The notes under the pieces were generated by a model. It was not told the origin of the DNA and did not search any database. It was given only the letters and a program-made list of their open reading frames with translations. Position numbers and translations under genes: made by a program. From Epiperipatus broadwayi (taxonomy: Eukaryota > Animalia > Onychophora), in contig JAQFVV010000010.1 in assembly GCA_028023455.1 (NCBI GenBank), forward strand, positions 11,408,001 to 11,472,000: a DNA stretch of 64,000 nt, given 5' to 3'. Below, one piece after another: positions 24,101 to 39,100 of the stretch (the stretch's first letter is position 1; the number at the start of each line of letters is the position of its first letter).

Positions 24101-27100
24101 TATAAATCGTTTTTCTTTTAGATGTTTGACTCAAGCAAATTATTTACTTGTTTTACTTTATGTTATAGGTTAAAATATCTTTTAAGGAATATTAAAAAAA
24201 TACAACTTACTGTATATACATTTATCTGTGCTTCCCTGCATATGGCTGAAATAGCATACCTATATTAATTCTTCATCCATTGATGGCCTCACTGGGCAAT
24301 CTGGTAGACTGGCTTGTCATTGAGAAAAGCATAGTTCAGGCAATTGTCAGCATCAGGAAAGGCATTTTCAGTTAAACATTGGCATTGAATCAGTACCCTT
24401 CTGTCTAGGATTGTTCCAGGCAAGTTAGCTATTTTCTCAGAACACATTTGTAGCTATGAATTACAAAGAAGTTGATTCTTTTCCTCCATACAAATTCAAA
24501 CTCTGCCATTGAACTACAGAGCAGTTTCTTCCTTGCATTCTTACATTCTCATGGTAATTTTGTGTAACTCTGGAGACCAGCTCTGCAGCTATTATGCTAC
24601 AGCTACCAACTACTACAGGTAACTATTTCATAAACTATTTTAGCCAAACTATATTAGCCAACTTTCTTTTCAAAAACTAATATCCAGATTAAAATAATCT
24701 TTTTATAAGAGTGATTGAGGTGATAAAAACACTAATTTAAACACTATTATGTTTTTAATCCTTTTGAAAACTTTGAAATTTTATTAAAGGTGTGATATAC
24801 AAAGATTTCTATATAAATAGAAATTTACCAATTAAATAAAAGATTTCAAAAATACCATACTTGTTTTTAAATTTCATATCAGAATAATAAAAAAAATTAT
24901 TTAGATATTTTTAAATATTTAATTTTATAATAAAATTTTATTTTAAATCCAAAGTTATTTAACCCTTTATAGTATAATTATTTTTATTCCAGAAAATATA
25001 GAAAATATCTATAAAATTTTTTCTGTTTATTTCTACTTTTCCTTTCAATTTTATATATATTTGTGCACACACACAACAATGCTGCTGTGTGCCATGTAAC
25101 CCATCCGGTTACAGTAAATTAAACAAAAGATTTGAATATTATAGAAATAAATGTGAGAAATGTAGTTATGTCTGAAAGGCCATAATTTTTGTAATAGTTT
25201 TTTTAATTGGTTGCTTTAACAAATTTTTTTTTTGCTTTGCAGAATTACATGCTTTTTAAATTAAGCTTCTAAATTAAAATTTTTAAATATACCAGTTGAA
25301 TTTGATATGTGAATTTAACAGTGTTATGGACAACTATTAATGGCAGAATTAGCGTGAACTATGCAATATCAAACTACATGACTTTAATTATATGCCAACA
25401 AAAACTAAATGTAAATACAGTATTAAATATAAAGGGTGAAAATATTTTCTTTTCAGAAAATGCTCAAAATACAAATTACAGTTTAGTTAGGTATAGTTAT
25501 TTATTAAAGTATTTTTTCAACAATCAAATCTGCTGTTTTTGTAATATGATAAAGCACCCAATTAAAAAAAATATTTTTTTAAACCAAACCAATTAAACAG
25601 CACTGCAGAACTAAAAATCATTCAAACAACAGATCTGAGGTCATGAGAAGAGTAAGCTTTGTTCATAAAATTCATACTTAATTATGGATCTTCTTTATGG
25701 TAAAATCAATCACAAAAATATCATACACCTTAGAGTGAGAGAAAGAACTTCTTAAGCCCTTCATTTTCACACTATTTCAGATATGTACATAATTTAAATG
25801 GCAACCATGTAATGATGATCATACCTCTCATTTAGTATTCCAAAGAATTCAGATATATCTAAATCCCATTTTAACAAAGTTGAACCAAAGGCAAGTAATA
25901 TAAATGAGTGATAAGAGGCTTTTCTACCTATTCAAAAAGAAATCACTATACATGCATGTATATCATCTATGTACACATGCTACTATTGTCCAACAATTCA
26001 GTACGTATATAAGAAATGAAATAAATGTATAGCGAATATAAAGCATATATATAATTATGAGATGGGAAAAGAAAAGAAATTACTTAAAGAAAAAGTAGAT
26101 TTACGCAGAAATAGGCAAAAATGGGATAAGAATTTGTATTTCTATGGTTTACAAGGAAATGACAGCGAGAGTATTAAAAATTTAGGTACTCATCTTATAG
26201 CTAAAGACGCCGTTCTATGGCGCGGTTTTCGTGCTAAAACACATAAAAATGCTGTTTCCGCGGCCGACACGTTCGAACCCGTGTTTTCTATAATACAACT
26301 TTTTTGTTGTGCTACAGAATGCAGGCCGCTATGTCGCGTCGCAGTACAGCATGTATGTCACTAAGCAGCAATTACATTTTCCGAATTCGCACAGTTTATA
26401 AAATAATTACGGCTTGATGAGAGAGTTTGTATTTGAATTGTATTGAAATGTTGTTTTCATTGGATTTTTTTTTATTTTAAACTATTGAAATGTTCAGATT
26501 TTTTAAAACAATAATTATAAGACTTTTTACAACGTACTGTATTGAACTTTTATTTGGGTAAATGTTAAATATCTATGTTTTTATTGAGTTGCAATTAGGT
26601 AACGTGTCAAGTAACGTACTGTTAGTAACATTCCACGAGACAAAGAAGATTCTACCGTCTGTATATTTTTGAAGTAAAAAAGAGCGGTACGAAAAAAATA
26701 TCCAGTAAGAAAAGTCCAAATATACAGGTTTTTTTGTAAATTTAATAAAAAGCAAATATTATAAACATGTTTAATAAGTAAAGAAGACATTTGTATGTGT
26801 TTGTTGTTGTTTAAAAAAGTTTGAGTTTCTTTCTTCTGTCCGAGTACGCTTACGATTTTGAATTTTTTTATTTTAGCATTACAAACAAACAGAACACTAA
26901 CCCTAAAACTAACCCTAAACCTAACCCTAAATCTAACCGTAACAACTTTTACTTTTATTACGATTATTATTTTTTAGTTAAACAACAACAAAAAAAGTCG
27001 TAACACAAGTAAAAAAATATCCGATAGAAAATTGATAAAAAAAAAGCCGTAACACAAGTAAAAAAATATCCGATAGAAAATTGATAAAAAAAAGCCGTAA

Positions 27101-30100
27101 CACAATTTAAAAAGTATACGATATAAAAAACACGAATCAAATTGTAATTTGTTGATTTTATTTTACATTTATTATTATCATTTAAATTGTATACGTTAAT
27201 AAAAAATAATATTTAAAAAAGACGATTTTGTTTTGTTTTTATTTTCGCATTACAAAAAAGCACAGAAAAATTATTAAAATCAACGGCCCGTGAATGTTCA
27301 TATTTTATAGTTTTAGCGTGAAAACGGCGCCATCCAACGGCATCTTTATCTATAATACAAGCACCAAAATGTATTTTTGGGAGATAGGGCATGAAAAAAA
27401 CATTAGGAATGTGGAGACAAAGAAGATAGAGATTCTTTGGTTTTTATTTATGACAAAAAATAGAAAAAATGAGAATAGTAACTTTTATTAAAATGGGATA
27501 GGAAGGGGGGGGGGTATATAGCCTATAGAGAAACTTCTCATTTTGTCAAAAAAAAAGCATTTTACATCACATTGTATTACTGATTAACAGAGTTTATGGA
27601 CATAAATTTATGCATAAAAACTTGATTTTAACGAGAGGCTATTCTACATTGCATCCAATATTAAAAATATATCTCTAAATATTGACCACTATTATCCTTA
27701 AAATACAGTTTGTAAATAATGGAAAATATATATTAAAGAGTTATGCATTTTTTCAGTCAGGTCAAGCTATTCTTTTTCCTGCTAGCTGTATACCATTGTT
27801 ATGTATTTATTTATAACAATTTATTATTGTGATAATTTTAATTTGGGTTTATTTGCAACAATCATCCACTTAATTAAATGCACAAATAATCATTAAATAC
27901 CCTTTATTAGATTAGACTTTTTTTTCTTCTTTTTATCTTAAATATAAACTTTAAATTTTATTATCTACTATTCTTAATAAATTTGCATGATAGCTTTTTT
28001 CTTTTTTAATCATTTACTACTCTTTACACTCATGCAAGCAATTTTATACTCCTAGAAGTCATTAATATCAATATTATACTTCAGACTTTAATATACTGTA
28101 ATGTTGCCATCTAAGTTAATAAGACATATACAAACATATCTATGATTTCTTTTTATAAATGTGCACAAGTTTTCTTTATTTTCTTATTCAATAATCTTTC
28201 TTTCTAACAATGCAAATAATTTTATATCTAAAGTAGTAAGAAACATAATAATTTTTAATTTATTACTTAAACAGCATACTTCTCTCTATTAACATTGTAT
28301 TTTATTCAATATTAAGTATGTTATCTCCTTTTTTTACACTCAATTTTTTGCAATACTTTATTTTATGATATGTCTACATTTTAATTGTTCTGCTATCTTC
28401 TTCAAATACTTTTTTTACTTTTAACAAAAAAGAAAAATAACATTTTTTCTTTTTATTAAACTACAAGAAAAATTAATCCCTGACGAAGATTGTAGAACAA
28501 TCAAAACATTGACGTTACATCAGAAAACGTTTCAAAAATTAATTAAATATAGAAATAGGTAAATAGCTAAACTTATATACAAATGAATATCAAGTCATTT
28601 TACACAATTAAAAGTTTATGTAAACATTAAAACAGATTAGTCTTATGGTGTATAACATGATGAATGTGTAATCTTGAGAGTGTGTGGATGCATGTATATT
28701 TAAAGCTTTAAAAAAGAGAGAAATGAACATAAGCAAAATATGCATATATAATTGCTTAAAATAGTCTGGAATGACATAGAAATATTGTTTATTTAAGTAA
28801 TATTTCTTGATATTTTTGAAAAATTAAATTATTTAAAATTAAATATGAAAAAAATCTGTCGGATACAAATATTTTATTTCTGATTTTAACAAAATGTAAA
28901 AAATTTTAAGTAATAAAGTAATAAAATTGCTTTTTGTCTAAACAAAGATATATTTTTTTTTACATACACATAATTATAAAAAATAATTGTAATATACTTA
29001 AAAGATTTAAGAAAGAATTTTTAAATTAAAAATCTTTTTGAATATATTTTTAATTTTGATGAATGTAAGTTAAAAATAAGAATGAGTATAATTTGTTTGT
29101 AATCTTGTTTTTAATAATTAAGAAGAAAAAATACTTACTTCATCTTCTGTTTATAAATTCTATAGTATCTACTATAAATAGTAGATTCAGTTTAAGCAGT
29201 GTCATTATAAATAAACAGCTTCAACAAAAAAGAGACAATTGTTATTAGTCTCCATGCTGTTAGAGTATGAGCTTACCAAATTGTCCAGTAGCACAATGTG
29301 TATAACCGATACTATTTATTATATTTGCAGGGTGGACATTATGGAAACTGAACTGAATTGAGGCTCACCCACATTTATCGTTTATCTGTTGACAATACAT
29401 GTCATATTAATAATCACATGATCACCATCTCTTATACTAGCACATAATTGTTTTACACAAGGCAAAACTCTCCATACATTGATTACTCTGGTTGGCACTA
29501 CTGTATGGAGAGTTTTGCCTTCTTCATATTAATAATCGATATGAAAAGCCAGCCTATTGAGAGACTCCATCATAAAGATTAAGCTGTTATATATACTTGT
29601 AAAAATACCAACAAAAAAACTTATTTAATATTATCCTTTTTGTTTGTTTGTAATAAATTGGCCAAAACATTTCTAACATTGGCTAAAGAAAAGGTTTATT
29701 ATATGCATTTATTTTTATTAAACTTAGTTGAGTGCACTTTCAGCGCCGAATCTCATTTTCCAGGTCGAAAGCGCACTACATTTAATAAAAATAAATATAT
29801 ATAATAAATCTTTTCTTTAGCTAATGTTAAAAAAGCTTATTATATATTATCTTCTTATACTGCTACTATTATATTACATATATATATATATAAGTACACC
29901 AGAAAAAATAATTATTTTTTTTAAAAAACTAAACAGTAGTAAAATGTCGGGGGAAAAAAAATCTGCTAATTTATTGCATGGGTAAAAACCAAGACTTTCT
30001 CTAATTTAAAAAAAAAAGAAAGATCGTAAATACGGTAACACCTATTACTTTCAATTGATATAAATAAGTTTGAAAAAACTTCAAGGCTGAGAAAGGGGAA

Positions 30101-33100
30101 CTGAAAATTAAGTACTGTGTTTTAACTTTGTTCTAATTGATACCTCTGGACAATTTAATTCTCCAGAGGTTACAGTTGATCTGAAAAATACAAATGAATT
30201 TTTTTCTTAAATATTATTACATATTTTCAGGGCATATGTCCAAGTTGATGATAGTTATGCGTTTGTGTGTGACTAATACTAAATCATAATGTTTAAGCTA
30301 TCAGTATGAGCTTTGATTATTTCATAATAAAGCATATTTGATAGTAGATTGTATCTGAGAAATGCCATGATCTCCAAGATCAGAGATGGTATAATTGTAA
30401 AAATAAAAAATGCTATTTATTATATAAATATAATAAAGGCAAATTTGTAACATTTTAATTTTTTTTTTTTCAGATTTTAACTTAATATTAGAATGACAAT
30501 CATTAACAAAAACAAGAAAAGAATTCACGTCATCAATATTATGAGATCATATAACAAATGTAACATACATATATCTGAGACAGATAGGTTTCTTAGTAGA
30601 TGCATTTAATATACTATTAATGAATGAATCTCTCGAAGACATCCAATTTCCACTGCAATTTTTTGTCAACAATCTTCATATTTCTTTAATAATTTCTAGA
30701 TTATAATTTAAAATAAATAAAAAAATCATAAACATAACGGCACATCTGCAGAGTTTTTAATTTTTTTTTTGGCATCAGTGCAATTTTTATTTTCCATGAT
30801 CTCCGCAAAATTAAAAAAAAGGATGAATAAAATCCAACTTCTTAAAGAATTATATATTGGGAATTTAATAACATAACTGTAATCAATATTTTTATTAATA
30901 TAAAAATGTGGTACTTGTGAGTTTTCCTGTAAATAAACATGGCAGCCCGTAATTTTGATAAATATACAGTTTTGAGAGCTTGCAATCTACCGAAGATGTG
31001 TTAGTTGTTAAATTAAAACAAAATTAATAAATCAATTGTTAAATTAAAAAAAAGAAAAGAAATAAATTCCAATAAATTTCATAGAGAAGCTTTATTTCAA
31101 TTTTTTTTACCTATATTATAACATGGAAAATGCGAGATGCTCTTAACATTGGCGTACTTTGATTAAATTCAGCATATTTCTTTTTGTCAGAGTCCTTTTG
31201 GTAAATTGTCATATGATAAGACCTTCCTGTCACAGAATGTGATACAGTGGATATTTCCAAAGGTACAGGATCCTGCCCTCCCAAAAAGTATGCATTAATG
31301 GTCATGATATAATTGCATGTCACTGTCATGATTAAAGTGTAAATAGTGCATTTATATATATATTTTTTCATTTTCTAGTTAGTAAGTTAAATCCAAAAAA
31401 GAAGAAGAAAATAAACTGTAAATATTGTAATTATTTTTTCCACAATGATTTCTTTTTTTTAAAATAACAGTAATAAAAAAAAAATGTAATATTAAATACA
31501 ACAACTTTTCTAGGAAGCATTTTTTTGTAAATACTTTTTGGAGGCCTCCAAAATTATAGATTAAATACAGGCTGCCATCTTGGTTTACTAGAAAACTCAC
31601 AAGTATCAAAAAAATTGTGTATCAGGTATAGATTTACTACTATTTAAATAAGAAGAGGATAAGGTTTTTTATATTTTAAAAAGCAAATTAATATTATATA
31701 TATATAAAATAAAGTCTAAAATAGAAATTTACAGCTAAATCAGAGCATAGATTGCATAATGTAAAAGTTGGTTTTCGTTTATTTTTATATTTAGCTATAC
31801 ATAATTTCAAAGTTTTTAAATTTTATACTTTTCACAATTTAAACACTTCAACACTTTCAAAAGCAAAGCAATAATTTTTTTAATATATATATATTTAATT
31901 TCAAGGCAGGAACAATTTTTTTATATGTACAAATCTAAATAATCTTCAGTATCCCAATCTTCACATACACACATATCATAAACAAACCTTAGGAATCCTC
32001 TTTGAAGTAAGAATACCGAAGCATCTTGAAGTATTTTCTGGTGGATAAATTTTACGACCTCGAGTATTTTGTTCTTCGGGTAAAGGAACTGTAAGTCTCA
32101 TAGTAATAATATAAAGATAGTTTGGTTTATTTTCATCTGGAAAACAATCAGTTAATGCATCAGCAATCTGAAATAAAAATTAAATAAATGTATAAAACAA
32201 ATAAATAATTAAATAGTAATATTAATGCCTAAATATATTTAAAAAAAAATAACTTTTATAAAACATATAAAAAATTCTATAATTTAACCTTTTTATCATA
32301 ATGCTGTCTTCTCTTTGTGGTGCCTGGACGAGGGGTATCCTCAGTCACAGGTTCAATATCTTCATCTTCGTTTTCTTCTTCTTCATAAATGAGAGATTCT
32401 TTACCAACAGGAAGCAAATTATTATCCAATTCACCTATTATAACAAATAAAATTTATAATAATGCTTTCTTCTTCAGTTTCAATCTTATTTCTACATTAT
32501 AAATTATAAAGATATAGAACAAATATGTTAATAGTTTATTTGCTAGCTTATAAAAACCCATAACAACATAATAATACAATTAAATCCACCTGGCAGTCAA
32601 AATTATACATGGCAATAATAAGATAAGCATTGACAAACATAAACAATAGAGTTATAAATTTTTTTATGGAAAGTACTTTATAAATTAAAATAGAAAGTTA
32701 AGGAATTAAAAATAAAAAGATCAGCTGTTTAATGTGTAGTAAAATGGCAGACCTGTTCCATCATTTTCTAATGCTCAAACTTATTAATTTCTGAAAAACA
32801 AACCATTCAACAATGTTACAAGATCTACTAGATAAAAAAAAAAAAAAAGAACTAAAAATAAGTGTTATAAACACTGAAGTCAATGACTTTTCAAAGACAA
32901 AAATAAAAAATAAATGTTAATAATAAATTTAAAAAAAACTAATTAATACAAAAAACTTATTCAAATATATAATACAGATAGAAACATAATGGTTAAAATT
33001 AATCATAGAATTAAACTTGTATGATCTTTTGATTACAATAATTTGAAATAAAAGGAAATATGCTTATATGCTTGAAAATATTTCCATTTTGCAATGCAGA

Positions 33101-36100
33101 GATTTCAGACCATACAACAAAGAATGGAAAAATTATGTTGAAATTAATAAGGATTGAAAATAAAATGCATACAGACCAAAAAAAATCCAATAGGTAGGAG
33201 TGATATATGTCACCAGAGGAGATGGCAATAGATGGTTAATTAATCTACTGTTTATTTAAATATTCAAAGTCATAATAAAATAAAAAAAATTACTCGTGGA
33301 AATCAATATTTTTTAAATTCATAATGATTAACAATAAAACATTTGGAATGAATTATAAGTTTTGAAATAATATTATGCCTGCCAACTAAATAAAATTTGG
33401 ATTTTAAAAAATATTTCAAAAAAAATTTTTCCATTTTAATTTAGAATTTTTTACTAAATGCTAGTAATAAAAAGTTAGTCTCAGAGTGAGAAGCCCTGGG
33501 GCCAATTAAACCCTTGAAAGCTCTCAATACACCCCCCAGAAAATTTTCAAAAATATATATAAAATGGCCTTATATAAAACTTCTATTTAAACACATGCAC
33601 TATTAAAATATTAAATTAAGAGTTAAATAAAATAAAATATTTATTTTCTCAACTATATCCAACTTTTATAATAGTTCTAGTTCATTCTATCAGAGATGTA
33701 ATATTCCAACAAATTATCTATATTGTGTGGTCTACCAGACTACTGATTGAATCTATGATGCTTATGGCATTTTGTTTGTTTCTATAGTGACTTTCACAGA
33801 CTAACTATATATTTCCAGTCTTGCGTTGTTAGCCGAGAGGTATCGCAGCCACCATGCAAGCAAGTAGTTGGTTGCAGACGGTTGTGGGTTCGCGTTCCGG
33901 CCGATGCTATGACATACGAAAAAAAAAAACTATATATTTCCAAAAATGAAATTAGAATTTTACTTTGTTTTGTTATTATTATTTTGCCCCCCTTTTTTTT
34001 TATTGTGATGGCTGCACCGAATAAGATAAAAAAAATTGACACAGAAATTTACATATTTCAATAGCAATGCATAACGCATATTTTTTTAGAGAAATAGTAA
34101 ATCAATGTGCCTAATATGTCTGGAAAGTATTTCAATTAATAAGAAACACTATTTATCCAAAACATCCTAATTATAACGATATTGTTGGAGAAATATTAAA
34201 TAGAAAACTTGAAAAAGAGCTTTGTCTCATAAAAAGTTCAAACATGTCAGAAAATTCTGTTAAGGCAAATTACGTTTTTTTTTGTAAAAATAAATAAATT
34301 TTGAAACCATTTCTAAAAGGAAATTTATAAATGACTGCATTCTAGCTGCTGTAGAATTAATCTATCCAGAATATAAAAAGGAATTAGAGAACATAAATAT
34401 GTCATGAAGAATAGTTACAAGGCAAACTGGAAAAATTGTCATTAAATGTGCAATAGTCATTAATAATAATGATGTTACTTTATTTTTAATTCACAACCTT
34501 ATTTAAAAAGGGTAAGTTGAAGAATGGCTTAATATTCCCATTCTACATAGTACACAATCAATTCTTTATGCAAATGATGTTCTACATCACATTAATAAAG
34601 GAATCTAAAGGTGTTTTTGTTATTTAAAAATAAAAAATAAACCTCCATCTCTGGGTAGTAGATAAAAAACAAATATGTAAAATGGCTGACATACCTTCTT
34701 GATGTAAAATTATGCAAGCTTTAACAGCCACAGCCTTTCTTGATAAACTTTTACTTGGCATGTATTCCCCCTAGGATAAATAAACAATTTTACAACAGCT
34801 TTTTCATAAAATAATTTATCTTATGAATAAAAAAAAAAAAAAAACTAAATTCATATTATTATATTTAAAAAAATTAACAAATACAAGAAACATGATTCAA
34901 AATAAATGTTTAATAATTCTATTTAACTATTTTAAAAATATGCTGATTACATATTATATTGATAAAACTACCTACATTAAAGTATGACTATATTAAATTA
35001 TTTAACTATAAACAATAGAAAAATACTCATTCACTTGTTAATAAATTATCCTATAATAAACAAAAAACTATATTATCTAATCAGAACTGAGATAGTATTT
35101 TTTGCTGTAAATGATAATGATTTTGCATTTATAAAATTTAACAATATTTGTAAATCTTGGTTTGTTTTAAATTAACATCAGAAAATGCTCAGCAGGAATA
35201 ACTGATAATTTAATAAATTTAAAAAATTAAGTAGTGAAATTAAATCTGATATCAGGAAATTAAAATACATCTCTGAAATGGAAATTGATTAATTATTTAA
35301 TAAAGATTCCACTATCAAATAAAACTGAGTTTATTTAATACAATGATAATTTTTTGGAAGTTCAAAATAATGAAAAATAAGTTACTGATATGTTTAATAA
35401 TTTTTTTTCACTTTTAATATATACTTTTTCTTTTTATATATGGAGATTACTGATTTTCAGTTGTCATATATGATTGATCATTTAAATACTGTTAGTTCAG
35501 TCAGATAAGATGGTTCAACAATAAAAATTCTTAAAGAAAATAAATCTGTTTCTATATTGGTTCCTTTTCATTTATTTAATCTTTCATTAAGAGCTGGATT
35601 GTTGACCACATATTAGAAACTTTATATTATTACACCTATTTTTAAAATGGGTGATCTTTCACTTTTTGATAAATATAGACCAAATTGTATTATTTCTGTC
35701 ATTTTTATTTAAAAATAATATACTGTCTGGTCATCAGTGAGGTTTTGGTTTACATAGAAATACATCATATATACAATTTGATATCATCCTTAGACTTACC
35801 TAAATAAAACATTATTTGACTGTACCATATAAAATTTTATTTAAATGTTTATATTCATATGATCTTTTTGCTTCTTGGCTTGCAACTTGTTTAAAAGATA
35901 GAAACAGGCAATGAATAATTTCTGGTATTAATAATTTTTTTACAATAATAAATCTTGATTTACCATAAGGTTCTATCCTAAGTCCTACTTTATTTTTACT
36001 TTATGTAATGATATATTTTCACATCAAAAATTTGTAGTTTTGTCTTGTGCTGCAGTTTACTTTTAATTATTAAATGGTTATCTTTTAATTATTTATCAAT

Positions 36101-39100
36101 TAATCTAAAAAAAAACCCACAAAAGTGATACATGTCCTATAAATTTGTATCATATTCTCCGGACAACACTATTTATTTTCAATAATTATTTTTTTGTGTT
36201 TTAAAAGTATTCGTGCTAATATTTTACTCAATAATAATTATTATTATCTACATGTATTTATTAATTTTAGAATATCCTCGTCAAATCATATCCAACTTTG
36301 TTCTCGCTTATGTGAATTAAATTATATAGTTTTTCATTTAGCTAAGTTTTTGCCCCGATCAAGTTTTAAATAAATTTTATATTATCAAAACATATTATTA
36401 TGTTATAATATTTCTATTTAGGGGACTGTTCTACTTTTAGAATGTCTATTTTATCTGTTTTAGACCGAATTATACAAATGTCTTATTTTTAGAAGATCTT
36501 ATGTCACACCTATTAAATATTTATAGAATTTATATATAACTGGATGTTCATTTTGATATACACCAATTCTTGACATATATTGCAGATCTCATTTGGATCC
36601 TAGATTTTCTGTTGCAAATATCTAATGATTATCCACTGAATATCAGTTATCTACTCAGAAATTTTCTTAGGACTCCCAATCAAAAGCAGTTTAGTTATAA
36701 TGATCCCAAATTATTTAATAAAAGGATGGGCAAATAGCGGCCCGAGGGCCACATGCATCCCGCTAAAAGTTTTTATGCAGCCACCAAGGCAATCAGAAAA
36801 ATCCACTTGAACTGAGATTTCCTACTTGTATGCGACCAAAGATTCGTCTTGTATTTTTCACTAGGATGGCCATGTCAATACACATGACAGTGTAGATATG
36901 ATATGCAGTGCTTTTTCAGTTGGTCTGGTTAATTTCAATTTTGTCTTTGCATTAGAAAATATATACATTTCCAACTTTACCTGAAGCTATGAACCCTCCG
37001 AAAAATGTAAAATCAGTGATGAATGTCATGTGTTTAATGAAGAATGGACAAACAAATATTTCTTTGGTAATACCTGGAATAAAGCAGTGTGTTTATTGTG
37101 TCATGAAAAAAAGGTGCGGCCCTTCGCTTCCACAAAGTGGCCCCCGATGCGGCCCTTCACCAACCTCTGCAGCCCCCGAGCCAAAATAATTGCCCACCCA
37201 TGATTTAATATGTTTATGCAAAAATGTTCTTTGAATCCAACTAACACCAGTTATTTGACTTTTAAATTTTTTTTATGTTATTAGTTATATTATACTACAT
37301 AATATTTTGTTTTTTTTCATAGTTTATGTATTATCTGTTACATTTTAAACTCCTCACTGAAGATATTTCTTGTTGGACTTACATATAGCAACCATTCATA
37401 AATAAGTATGGAGATTCCAACTTCAAAAAAAAAAAAAAAAACTACTCTAGAAATGACTTATGCAATATAAAAATCAATTTTTGAACCATAAACACATCCA
37501 CACATAGCATATACTGATATATTTTTCTGTTAATATGATATTAAACAATTCATATTAAAACTCTCCATATAGTAGTGCCATCTTGTGCTAATAAGAGCAA
37601 TCAATGGATGCCAGAAGGCTTGTGCATAAAATCTCTATCTAGTGCCTATTCATCCAATATCCCCAGACTAGTTTCTGGCTTGTGGCACTACTATATTGAG
37701 AGTTTTGCTTTGTTATGAATTGTTTAATAACATTTATGTGCTAGTATGAGATAGTGATCATGTGATGTTTAGTGGTTTAACACCAATCCTGCCTAATAGG
37801 ATAGTGGTGGCTATGGTTGTTAAAGAGCCAAAGACACCAAAATGTATAGGTGCTGAATTGAGTTCAGACCCATATGACTCTATAAGCTATTGAGCTTGGA
37901 TTGAAAATATTGTGTTTTCAATTTCATTCTCATAATTTTGTAGTTAAATAGAGTTAAAAGGTGGCTGCTGGAGGGTTGCATTAGATCCTAAGATCTAGAT
38001 GCAGTGCTCTCAGATCCAAGGCTCCTCACTGATGAAGGCCACAAGCCAGAAACTAGTCTGGGGATATTGGATGAATAGGCACTAGATAGGGATTTTATGC
38101 ACAAACCTTCTGGCATCCATTGATTGCTCTTATTAGCACAAGATGGCACTACTATATGGAGAGTTTTGCTTTGTTATGAATTGTTTAATAACAATTATGT
38201 GCTAGTATGAGATAGTGATCATGTGATGTTTAGTGGTTTATATATTTTGTGATGCTGTCTTTTAATTTCATCAGCAGAAATTTTTTCTTTTTGATATACT
38301 TCAGCACTAAGTCTAATTACAGCTCTTCAATGTATTCTATTCTCTGCCATATCTTCCCAATGAAAGCAATCAATATTGCACTTCCTTAGAATGCCATCAT
38401 AAAATATCCTTTAAGAAAGTCTTGCATCGTTCATTCATTTTACATGTCCAATCCAACGAAGGTGAATTTACAATAGTATCACATCTAGCAAGTTGAAGAA
38501 CATATTGATTGAATATGATACATTTTTCAATATGGAGAAAATAAAAACTGGAATCCATAACAGGAAAAGATGGACAGTGCCCAAATAAAGCTATTTATAT
38601 TAATCCGAGGGATAAACTTATATTTGGTTAGATATAATCTGTGATTTAATAAATGATTAGTAATAATCAATAGTTATTTAGCTGAAGTAGTTAGTGTTGA
38701 AGTTGCAAATGCAAAAAAATTGATACTTGTAGATCAAATTGTAATGATTTAAAAGATTAGTTAAATTAAGGTTTCAGAAATTACAAAAACATGAAGTCTA
38801 ATTATACATATATCAAAATTCTTGATATGACTCTAGATAAAATTCTGATTTTTTACAATTTAGATTAGTTCACTTCTAGTCAAGATAATTGTTACAAAAC
38901 TAAATTTAATACTGTATTGATTTTGTAGTCTTATAATTCATATCTGCTTTTAAAAAAAAATGAAAATCATCTTTCTATTTTTATCAGCACATCAATATAA
39001 ACATTGCTTTTTAAAATTGCACATAGTCAAAAATCACAGATATAGATTTACAGATGATAATTGAATGAACTAATGAACAAATATTTTACCTTCCATGTCA

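Noticed and set aside
26062-26364. 100-aa ORF overlapping the CpG-rich element
   Set aside because: It spans the element boundary, has no recognisable domain, and is explained by local GC richness.
31111-31371. 86-aa minus-strand ORF as an alternative Dicer exon
   Set aside because: No Dicer similarity; it lies inside a TIR-bounded element; and the flanking exons join directly (IPK|IPEFP).
33818-33910. Functional tRNA gene
   Set aside because: Irregular anticodon and variable region, and it has a poly(A) tail and TSD, so it is better explained as a retroposed SINE.
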